The notes beneath the pieces were generated by a model that worked only from the letters and a program-made list of their open reading frames with translations, ran no database searches and had not been told where the DNA came from. The translations under genes and the position numbers were made by a program. This document shows positions 55,872-64,000 of a stretch of DNA of 64,000 nt, piece by piece; the stretch's first letter is position 1, and every line of letters begins with the position of its first letter. Origin of the DNA: an uncultured bacterium (lineage in GTDB: Bacteria > Margulisbacteria > WOR-1 > CAVSGV01); NCBI GenBank assembly GCA_963768305.1, contig CAVYHE010000003.1:160001-224000 (forward strand), read 5' to 3'.

Positions 55872-56922
55872 TGGCAGCCTGTTTTATCGCTGAAACGAAT
55901 TTGATCGAAGCGGCATCCAGCGAATAATTTTGAACGACGAGTTCCCTTGCCTTTTTCCCCATCTGTTCCCTCAGGTCCTTGTTCTCGATGAGCGTCGACA
56001 GCTTTTCTTCCCAATCGGAGGGGGTTTTTGCAAGAAAGCCTGTTTCGCCGTCCTTAAGCAAGGTGGTGTTGATCCCAACGGGGCTGGCTACCGCCGGAAT
56101 ACCCAAAGCCATGTACTGCAAAAGCTTGTACGAACCTTTTCCGCGCGACCATTCGTCGTCCGTGAGAGGCATGATCCCGATGTCGAACTTGGCCAGTTCA
56201 TGAAGCTCCGTGTCCAGCTTCCACTCGATCAGGCTGATATTTTTCTCTTTCGTGACGAAATTGCGCGTTCCTATCAAGTTTACTCTTACATTCGGATACT
56301 TCCTGGAAAGTTCTTCCAGGACATTTTGGATGTCAAAAAGATAAAATGTATTGCTCAGGCTCCCGATCCAGCCTATAGTCGCAATATCTCGGCCTTTCTT
56401 GTTCGATGGATGGTATCGGTTCGTGTCGATCGGTCCCAGTATCGTCGTCACGTTCGCGCAATTCTGCCTGGCGACATCTTCTGTGGATGGCAGCTCTACT
56501 ATCATATGTTTCGCGCTTTTCATGTATTCTATCGCGGCGTTCACGCGAACCGGCTGTTTAATTTTCGCCAGCTCCGCTGAATGTAAAGTGTAGATTGCGT
56601 CATCGATATCATATATATATTTGATCTTCAACGTCCTTAAAAGCCAGAGGAGACGCATAAGGGTGATCTTTTGGACGAATACGACATCATATTTTTTCAT
56701 TTTCAGCAGGGCCCAGGTGATCTTCGCGGTCATGACGAAATAGTTCAATATTTCTCCAAGAAATAATTTAAGGACGGGATTCTTCGGCCTGAACGCCTTC
56801 CCGTTCCAGGCAACTATGTCATATTCAATGTCGTTGTCCTTGAGATAGGGGAGGAACTGGTACACCCGCGTCCTGCTGCTGGCGCGGGTTTCATCGTCAA
56901 CCGTTAAAAATAGGACTTTCAT
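55864..56922 (-). CDS. Glycosyltransferase family 4
   Basis: YDIDDA, GWIG, DIGIMP, KLLQYMA. Confidence 0.92.
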   Translation of the reverse strand: MKVLFLTVDDETRASSRTRVYQFLPYLKDNDIEYDIVAWNGKAFRPKNPVLKLFLGEILNYFVMTAKITWALLKMKKYDVVFVQKITLMRLLWLLRTLKIKYIYDIDDAIYTLHSAELAKIKQPVRVNAAIEYMKSAKHMIVELPSTEDVARQNCANVTTILGPIDTNRYHPSNKKGRDIATIGWIGSLSNTFYLFDIQNVLEELSRKYPNVRVNLIGTRNFVTKEKNISLIEWKLDTELHELAKFDIGIMPLTDDEWSRGKGSYKLLQYMALGIPAVASPVGINTTLLKDGETGFLAKTPSDWEEKLSTLIENKDLREQMGKKARELVVQNYSLDAASIKFVSAIKQAANA

Positions 56923-56924
56923 CT

Positions 56925-56994
56925 TTATTTTTTATAGAAGGACCGGATGGCCCTGATCACCTTTGCCGATAGATGGTTTGGAAACGGGGATCAT
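56925..56994 (-). pseudogene. Internally deleted DegT/DnrJ aminotransferase relic
   Basis: Reads MIPVSKPSIGK then, in another frame, KVIRAIRSFYKK-stop; matches both ends of the gene at 58237..59361. Confidence 0.75.
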
Positions 56995-57057
56995 AATCAG
57001 GCAATTATATCACAAAATTTGCGGGGTATGAACGCAAAGCGGGTATCCCGGCAGTGT

Positions 57058-58240
57058 TCATTTAAGCAGGCTGTCGTACAGCGCCTCTATCTCGTTCGCG
57101 ACCCTTTCCCACGAGAAATTGTCTTCCATTTTCTTTCGCGCTGCGCGGCCGAAAATGTCGCATTTAACAGGATCATGGATGAGTCCGCCGATCTTTTCAG
57201 CCATCTCACTGATGTTTTCCGGCTCAACAAGCAAGCCGGTCTTTCCATCGTCGATTATCTCCGGGATGCCGCCGCGGCGGCTTCCGATAACAGCCAGCCC
57301 TGAAGCCGACGCCTCGGCAAATACCAGCCCGAACGCTTCATCCCAGAGGGAAGGCCCGACGAATACGTTGCTGAGCAGATAAATGTCCTGCATTTCTTTC
57401 GGCGGGATGTAGCCGGTAAAGACCACGTTATCCTTTATCTCTGCCGCGCTGGCTTTCACTTTCTTTGCGAATGCGTCCCTCGGTTCTTCATTGTCCTTTG
57501 AGCCGCCGACAATTATCAATTTCGCCTTCGGCTCGTTCTTTAGGACCAGCTTGAAAGCGTCCACCAAAAGATGGACACCCTTCCTCTCCCTTATGGCTCC
57601 GACGAAGAGGACGTTCCTTGACCCTTCGACACCGTATTTTTTCCTGAGGGCGGCTGCTTTGTCCTTTTGCTCCCATATCGGCCTGAATTTGTCCAGATTC
57701 ACTCCGTTCAGGATCACGCGGCTTTTGCCGGCGTACTGCGGATATTTGTTCGTTATCTCAAAATCAATACGTGAACCTGCTTACCGCGACATAAGCGTCG
57801 ATCGAATCAAAAACTTTTATCGCCTGTTTTGTAGAGAGCATATCAGCGATGTTCTGGTTATGCTCATGAAGGACCAATTTCACTTTATCGCCCAGTTTTC
57901 CTCTTAAATAAGGCATATAAAGAGGCCTGTTCCTTACATGGATCAGCTTGATATCCAATTCTTTGATCAAACGGACCATTTTATATAAATAGCAGAAAAA
58001 AGGCGCATCAAATGAATAAACAGGGAATATCAGTTTATCCAGGATGCCGCACCTCACCCTGTAATTCCGTATTTTATCTATTTCCTCTATATCCGGCCGG
58101 TTCTCCATATGAGAGGAAAAAACATACGGTTCGTATTTCCTGAACCTTTTTGCGGTTTCCTCAACACCTGTTTGAACTGCGCCTTGATATGGGGATGGAT
58201 TGAGCGAGCCTTCTCCAAGGATGATGGCAGCCTTTTTCAT
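57058..58240 (-). CDS. Glycosyltransferase family 4 (indel near 57765)
   Basis: NGV, FVG, RKG, EAFG...EA, GGIPE. Confidence 0.9.
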
Positions 58241-59361
58241 GATTGTTCTTTAAAGAAAGCTTTAATGGCCTTTATTATCTTCGTTTGTTCAGCGGCGGAG
58301 AGATCGGGATACAGGGGAAGGGTCAGTATCTCTTCCCAGACTTTTTCGGTCGCGGGAAGTTTAGTGGCGGATCCCTTGTAAAGAGTGAAGAGATGGCTCG
58401 GAATATAGTGAATGCCGGAATCTATCCCGTGATCCTTTAGATGTTGCATCAAGCCGTCCCTGTTGTTCTTGACCTTTATTATGTACATAAAGAACGCGAT
58501 ATCCTTGTAATCGGTTTTTAGCAGTTCCAGACCGGGGATCCTGCCAAGTTCTTTGTCATACCTTTTGGCGATATTTATCCTTTTGGCGTTAAGTTTTTTG
58601 AATTTCTTCAGCTGTACGAGCCCGATGGCGGCATTTATGTTGCTCATATGGTACCTGTATCCAGGGACAAGCACATCATAGAACCAGCTGCGCTCGTGTT
58701 TATATCTGCTCCATGTATCCTTGTCTATTCCAAGGATCCTTTTCTTCTGTATCAGTGAAGCAAGGGAGCTGTCGCGTATCGCTATGGCGCCGCCTTCTCC
58801 GCATGTCACGACCTTTATTGGATCAAAACTGAAACATGTCACGTCGCCGAAAGATCCGATGGGTTTGCCTTTGTAATGTGAACCGAAAGCGTGAGCTGCG
58901 TCTTCGACTATCTTTATATTGTGTTTCTTGGCAAGGGACATTAGAGCGTCCATATCGCAGGGGATGCCTCTGTAATGCACGGGGATTATCGCCTTCGTAT
59001 TGCTCGTGATCTTCCTTTCAACGTCCCTGACATCTATATTCAACGTATTTGGCTCTATGTCGGAAAAAACAGGTGTTGCGCCTGTTGACGTGATCGCCTG
59101 GACGGTCGCAACGAAAGTAAGGGAGGGGACTATCACTTCATCGCCTTCCTTGACGCCCAATGCGTCCAGCGCGAGGTGTATGGCCGTTGTCCCGGTGTTG
59201 ACCGCGATGACCGTCGAGCCCCCGAGGAACGCGGAGATATTATCCTCAAATTCTTTCACGGAAGAGCCCATCCCGAGCCAGCCGCTGTCAAAGACCTTTT
59301 TAACGGCCGCAAGCTCTTCTTTTCCTATTGAGGGGCGTGATACGGGTATCATTTTTGGCAT
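58237..59361 (-). CDS. DegT/DnrJ/EryC1/StrS sugar aminotransferase
   Basis: EDAAHAFG, SFDPIK, GEGG, LTLPLYP. Confidence 0.94.
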   Translation of the reverse strand: MPKMIPVSRPSIGKEELAAVKKVFDSGWLGMGSSVKEFEDNISAFLGGSTVIAVNTGTTAIHLALDALGVKEGDEVIVPSLTFVATVQAITSTGATPVFSDIEPNTLNIDVRDVERKITSNTKAIIPVHYRGIPCDMDALMSLAKKHNIKIVEDAAHAFGSHYKGKPIGSFGDVTCFSFDPIKVVTCGEGGAIAIRDSSLASLIQKKRILGIDKDTWSRYKHERSWFYDVLVPGYRYHMSNINAAIGLVQLKKFKKLNAKRINIAKRYDKELGRIPGLELLKTDYKDIAFFMYIIKVKNNRDGLMQHLKDHGIDSGIHYIPSHLFTLYKGSATKLPATEKVWEEILTLPLYPDLSAAEQTKIIKAIKAFFKEQS

Positions 59362-59382
59362 TTAGATAATTATATCACAAAA

Positions 59383-60735
59383 CTATTTTTCTTCATCCCC
59401 GGGCGCGATCGAGAAAGCAAGAAAGACAGATACGGGAGCCAGGCCGATAAGCAGCCTGTGGAATGACGATGTAAGGTTGTTTGCGACAGTGAGCATGTAA
59501 ACCTCGAAATACAATGCAAGGGAGATGACAAGAAAAATAAATACATATCCCATGTTCGAACGGGTCATTTTCCGCCTTCCCGCGACCAGAAGTATCGTTA
59601 TTATTATCCAGAAATACTGCCAGCTGTATGTGTTGAGATAGAGCTGGAAGAAGAAATGGCCGGCTATTTCAGGAGCCCTTCCGATGTTCTCCATTGTGGA
59701 GATAAAGATATTATGGCTTTTTATCATATGACTGGAAATGTGATAGCTTGCTGAAACAGCCTGGTAGGGGGCAAATATCAGCGCTGCAACAGCCATGAAC
59801 ATGAGGAATCCGTTCAAAGCCGTGCGGTATCCGATCTTTTTGTATGAGAATGCCATGAAAAGCGCGAGAGTTGCTGACAATCCGAGGAACAAGGCTATTC
59901 CTTCATTCTTTGTGAATGCGGAAAACCCTATAAAGATCGCTGACAGAAGAAGGTGGCCGAAGTTCTTTTCCTCCATCCATCTGACAAAATAAACGGTTGA
60001 TATCAAGGTGAACATGCCGAGCAGGAGGTCAAGATAGCCGTTGGCGGCATATGTAAGGACATGCCTGTTCGCAAGCAGCAGCAAACATCCCAGGGCCGAC
60101 ATGTTCCTGTTCGTATACCGCCTTAGAGACGCATAAAGGAACGGAATGAAAAGTATGTACTGCACGATAAAGAACATCCTGAGAAGGATATCGTTCCATT
60201 CCCGCAGGCACACGCTTATCCATGCCAGGTTCAAGGGAACAAGAAGCGGATATTCCGGGCTTGAATAAGAATAGAGCGGAAGCTTGAATATCTCGAAAGG
60301 GATGCGCCCCTCAAAATACAATATTTTTGCTTTCATGAACCACATCGCGAAGGCGTCCTTGGAGAAGATCGGGGAGACTAGGCCGTCAAGGAACAGTGCG
60401 ATGCACAGCAGGCCGAGCACCAAGAAAGATATCAGCATGATCGAAGGCTTGATCCATTCCCGTTTTATCATCGGCATCTTTATGATAATTACTGATCTGA
60501 TATTTAAAAGGAAATATATGATAAAAGGCAAGCTTACGGTTGATAAACCGAATCGAATATGCATCATGGAAAGCAGGAACATATACAAGCCGATGACGCC
60601 TGTGCCGGCAAAGAAGTAAAGTGTTGGCTTGATCATTGAAGGCTCGTCCTCCAGCCCGAAAAGCTTGAATCCCAGCAGAAGACGGCCTGCAAGAAAAATT
60701 ATCGCGAAAGCATATATTAATGAAATGTATATCAT
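59383..60735 (-). CDS. Polytopic membrane protein, GT-C-like
   Basis: Many TM segments; DAFAMW, YPLLVP, TKNEG motifs. Confidence 0.7.
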   Translation of the reverse strand: MIYISLIYAFAIIFLAGRLLLGFKLFGLEDEPSMIKPTLYFFAGTGVIGLYMFLLSMMHIRFGLSTVSLPFIIYFLLNIRSVIIIKMPMIKREWIKPSIMLISFLVLGLLCIALFLDGLVSPIFSKDAFAMWFMKAKILYFEGRIPFEIFKLPLYSYSSPEYPLLVPLNLAWISVCLREWNDILLRMFFIVQYILFIPFLYASLRRYTNRNMSALGCLLLLANRHVLTYAANGYLDLLLGMFTLISTVYFVRWMEEKNFGHLLLSAIFIGFSAFTKNEGIALFLGLSATLALFMAFSYKKIGYRTALNGFLMFMAVAALIFAPYQAVSASYHISSHMIKSHNIFISTMENIGRAPEIAGHFFFQLYLNTYSWQYFWIIITILLVAGRRKMTRSNMGYVFIFLVISLALYFEVYMLTVANNLTSSFHRLLIGLAPVSVFLAFSIAPGDEEK

Positions 60736-61178
60736 CTGATCACGAACAATCCCGTGCTGTCTTTAACGCCTATGAGCGAATAATTGCGGCCGTTGAGAAC
60801 GAGATATCTTTTGCCGCCGGAGCCTTTCAGTTTAAGAGTATCGAGCCTTGGCGCGAAAAAGTATCTCGCATCGTTTTCGTTGATGCTGGACGGGAAGAGG
60901 AAATAGTTCATCCGGTGGCGGTATCTGTCATACGAACTATTATCCTCCCGCGAGGTGATAAGCCCGTAGGAACCTATTTCCGGAAAGGAACAGCGGATCC
61001 AATCGTAATAACGGTAAACCTGATATCTGTTGTATTTAAGCTCAACATAATCCTGTTTGGCCAGATAGCTTTTATTTACGAGGTTCGGGAAATCCAGCGC
61101 CAGGTCTTCAATGAAATTGAATGCCGATACAACGCTGATGAGGACAGCAACGTAAAGGAATAATTTATATGGCTTCAT
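60732..61178 (-). CDS. Hypothetical membrane-anchored protein
   Basis: 148-aa ORF overlapping both neighbours by 4 nt; N-terminal hydrophobic helix. Confidence 0.65.
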   Translation of the reverse strand: MKPYKLFLYVAVLISVVSAFNFIEDLALDFPNLVNKSYLAKQDYVELKYNRYQVYRYYDWIRCSFPEIGSYGLITSREDNSSYDRYRHRMNYFLFPSSINENDARYFFAPRLDTLKLKGSGGKRYLVLNGRNYSLIGVKDSTGLFVIR

Positions 61179-62095
61179 AAAGAGTTCAAAATGTCTTTGT
61201 CGCGAACTATGAATTTCGTCCTCTTTCTTTCGGAGATCGCCCGGGGCAGGAGCAAGAGCGCCTCAAAAAAGGCGATGAACCGCGCACGGTCATAGAACAC
61301 GCTTATGAACAAGTTGAGCGGAAGCAGTGCCACATGAGCAAGGATCAATTTCAGGTCCGTCAGGTTCTTCCATGTGAACAAAAAAGAGTTCCTCCTTGAA
61401 ATGATCCTTCTTCCGCGGATCTTTTTTGTTTCCTGGTCGAACGTATAGCTTTCATAATGATATATCACGCTTTTCGGCTCGTAGATGAACATAATCCCGC
61501 TCTTCCAGGCCCTGTATCCGAGATCCGTGTCTTCCCATGTATAAGGGGCGTAAATATCGTCGAAGCCTCCCAGCTCGACGAATTTCTTCCTGTCATAAGC
61601 GCTGTTCGCCTCATAATATGTAAAGCCGAGCTTGTCAATTATCGGATCATCGTTTTTGTACGGATACGGGCCGGCTTCGATGAGCCCGAAACGGAATTCC
61701 ACTCGGTTCTTTCCGCCGTTGTAATTCCCTTTGAAATCAAGCTGCTTCGGCGTGACAGCGAAAACCTATTATCTTCAAAATGATGGACAAGCGGAGCTAT
61801 GAAATCCGGAGCGACCCTGACGTCGTTGTTAAGGAGAACTATGATATCGCTGTCAAGCTTTGGAATGAGATCATTGTATGAGAACAGATACGCGATTATT
61901 CCGGCGCAATGACGATCTTAACCTGGGGAAATGTTTTTTTATGTATTCAAGGCTGTTGTCGGTGCTTTTATTGTCCAGGACAATTACCTGGCAGGGGAGA
62001 GGGGACCTTTTAGCCGCCTCCACAATCGATGGCAGACATTGCGGCAAAATTGCGGCCCCATTGTAATTCAGGATGATTATATCGATCTTACTCAT
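61175..62095 (-). CDS. Glycosyltransferase family 2 (several indels)
   Basis: IILNYNG, DNKSTD, FLNND, WEDTDLGYR. Confidence 0.85.
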
Positions 62096-62108
62096 TATAC
62101 GTGCCGTG

Positions 62109-63224
62109 TCATTTGCCATTGGAGAAAATATCTCTTATAGTCTTTGCGATATATCTTATCTGCTTTTCCGTTAAGTTCGTTGAAGAGGGAAGATAAAGGC
62201 CGTTCTTCCAGAGTTTATCGGCAACAGGGCAGGGAATGTACTTATATCCGGGGACCGATCTTAAGAACGGCTGCCGGCTCATGGGGCAAAAGAAAGTGCG
62301 CGTATCTATCCCTTTTTTATAAAGTTTTCTCACTAGTTCGTCCCTTGTCAACTCGAATTTCGGACCTACAACAAGCGCATACATCCAGTAAACGTTCTTT
62401 GCCCATGCCAGCTCTGCGGGAAGCTGAATGCCGGGTATGCCCGATAAATACCTGTTATATGTGCGCGCAACACGCCTTTTTTCATTAACAGTTCTTTTGA
62501 TCTTCTTTAATTGCGCAAGCCCCATGGCGGCCTGATAGCCGGTCATCCGGAAATTATAACCGGCGTATTTATGAAGGAACCTGGGCTTGGAAAAAGCCAG
62601 GTTCCTTAAGAGCCTTAGCCGGTCAGCAAGTCTTTTATCATCCGTAACGATCATTCCGCCTTCGCCTGTGGTGATGATCTTATTCGCGTAAAAACTGAAG
62701 CATCCCATATCGCCGAAACTTCCCGTCATTTTCCCGCGGCAGGTCGCTCCGTGGGATTCTGCGCAATCCTCTATTACCGTCAGATGGTGCTTTTTTGCGA
62801 TCTTCATTAAACGGTCCATATCCACCGGATGACCGTACAGATGGACAGGGATGATCGCTTTTGTCCTGGGAGTTATCAGGCCTTCTACAAGGTCCAGATC
62901 AAGGTTCCAGGTGATATTTTCCGAATCTACCGGAACGGGGACAGCTCTATTGTGGTAAACGGCGAGCGCGGTCGCGATATTTGTGCTGGAGCTGATAAGG
63001 ACTTCGTCGCCTTCTTTAATGCCTGCGGCGGCAACAGCAAGATGCAGCGCCGTGGTCCCGCTTGTGACGGCTATGCCGTATTTACACCCGCAATATTTTG
63101 CAAATTTGTTCTCAAATTCTTCAAGGGCGATCCCGTAAGAACCGGATATTTCGCCCCGTTTTAGGGCGGCTACAACCGCCTTGATTTCCTCTTTCCCGAT
63201 CATAGGTTCGAATACCGGTATCAT
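62109..63224 (-). CDS. DegT-family aminotransferase (perosamine synthase-like)
   Basis: EDCAESHG, SFYANKIITTGEGG, LYLPS. Confidence 0.94.
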   Translation of the reverse strand: MIPVFEPMIGKEEIKAVVAALKRGEISGSYGIALEEFENKFAKYCGCKYGIAVTSGTTALHLAVAAAGIKEGDEVLISSSTNIATALAVYHNRAVPVPVDSENITWNLDLDLVEGLITPRTKAIIPVHLYGHPVDMDRLMKIAKKHHLTVIEDCAESHGATCRGKMTGSFGDMGCFSFYANKIITTGEGGMIVTDDKRLADRLRLLRNLAFSKPRFLHKYAGYNFRMTGYQAAMGLAQLKKIKRTVNEKRRVARTYNRYLSGIPGIQLPAELAWAKNVYWMYALVVGPKFELTRDELVRKLYKKGIDTRTFFCPMSRQPFLRSVPGYKYIPCPVADKLWKNGLYLPSSTNLTEKQIRYIAKTIRDIFSNGK

Positions 63225-63631
63225 TTATTCTCCCTGATCACGACCTTGTCGTTTTCAATCCCCATAAACGGGCCTTGTTTCACGCTTACACACTGAAAAT
63301 CCTCGATAGCGCGCAAGGAATGCGCTCCGCTGCACAGCAGAATAGAATCTCCCTTATCCAGAAGGATGGTTTTGAATAATTTGCCATTGTCATCAAAGAA
63401 ATCCATGGCCGCTTTGCCGCGCTGAACAGATAGCATCTGCTGCATATCATTTACTATCCTTTTGAAAGGTTTGTGTGAGTGGGGCGGTTCTTTATAACCT
63501 TTTTCATGGGCTATGACGCCGAACTGAAAAGAGGAATCGGGAGGGGAAAAGAACGTGGTTTTTGAGACTTTTAAATCCTTCCTCAGGACCTCCGCAAAAC
63601 GGACGCCGTCATGCTCAATGATCTCTATCAT
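63221..63631 (-). CDS. Cupin-fold protein of sugar biosynthesis loci
   Basis: HSH, GD...GAH, VKQGPF motifs. Confidence 0.65.
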   Translation of the reverse strand: MIEIIEHDGVRFAEVLRKDLKVSKTTFFSPPDSSFQFGVIAHEKGYKEPPHSHKPFKRIVNDMQQMLSVQRGKAAMDFFDDNGKLFKTILLDKGDSILLCSGAHSLRAIEDFQCVSVKQGPFMGIENDKVVIRENK

Positions 63632-64000
63632 AGCTCGATCTTCCGTCGGGAATCTTTTTTGTCCACCCAGACATCTTTTTCATCGGATATCTTTCTTTCC
63701 CATAACCATTTTTTTCCGTGGCTGTAAAAGTCGTCGATCGTATTCTGAAGTCCTTCTTCAAATGACACTTTTGGCTGCCATCCGGTAAGTTTTTTCATCT
63801 TTGAATAATTGCAGCGAAGAACGGAAACATCCAGCGGCCTCAGCCTTGTTTTGTCTATCTCGATATTTATGCGGTCATGCCCCATCAGTCCGCCGATGAT
63901 CTCGGCCATTTCTTTTACGCTCCAGTCCTTTCCGGTGCCCATATTGAAGACCTGGCCTTCGGCATCTTCCGCCTTCATAAGTGCGATCGCGCCTTTGGCC
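63628..64000 (-). CDS. NAD-dependent epimerase/dehydratase, C-terminal part
   Basis: VFNMGTG, RLRPLDV, GWQPKVSFEEGL. Confidence 0.88.
   Translation of the reverse strand, partial: AKGAIALMKAEDAEGQVFNMGTGKDWSVKEMAEIIGGLMGHDRINIEIDKTRLRPLDVSVLRCNYSKMKKLTGWQPKVSFEEGLQNTIDDFYSHGKKWLWERKISDEKDVWVDKKDSRRKIEL

Noticed and set aside
55930..56580. Long plus-strand ORFs opposite the glycosyltransferases, and similar antisense ORFs elsewhere
   Set aside because: Shadow frames of well-supported genes with no recognisable motifs

Overview
Bacterial chromosomal window of mostly housekeeping genes from a diderm organism (TolC, LptC/LptA-like protein). Gene content and style suggest a deep-branching Terrabacteria lineage such as Ca. 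Saganbacteria/Margulisbacteria; this is inference, not checked. Contents: partial dus, six tRNAs (Ser, Phe, Lys, Asp, two Leu), flavin reductase, HNH nuclease, an orphan 730-aa receiver-domain protein, a GH5, tlpA-ccdA, purL, SLT-comEA-comEC, coaE-uvrB-dapA-queH, an AT-rich pair of unknown tandem paralogs, dnaE, hisI/hisF, ispA-dxs, nadB, an ABC-2 pair, trpB2-rubrerythrin, accAD, rpsT-ispE, a TolC/AbrB/YbhGFSR-like plus MacAB-like efflux operon, trxB, and a large minus-strand surface-glycan cluster. Many genes, including essential ones (dnaE, accA), are broken by 1-bp indels, often in homopolymers. These are read as long-read consensus errors and the genes are reported reconstructed. Best leads: (1) a shared sigma-28-like promoter (TGAAA-N15-GACGATAT) in front of the two orphan loci, possibly a regulon of lineage-specific exported proteins; (2) repeated extended -10 boxes only 6-9 nt before start codons, suggesting widespread leaderless mRNA; (3) a DegT gene relic reduced to its two termini with its promoter kept; (4) a mispaired tRNA-Leu(CAA) with a better-pairing 5' fragment just upstream; (5) heptamer repeats inside coding sequences. 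No integrase, transposase, CRISPR array or rRNA was seen.
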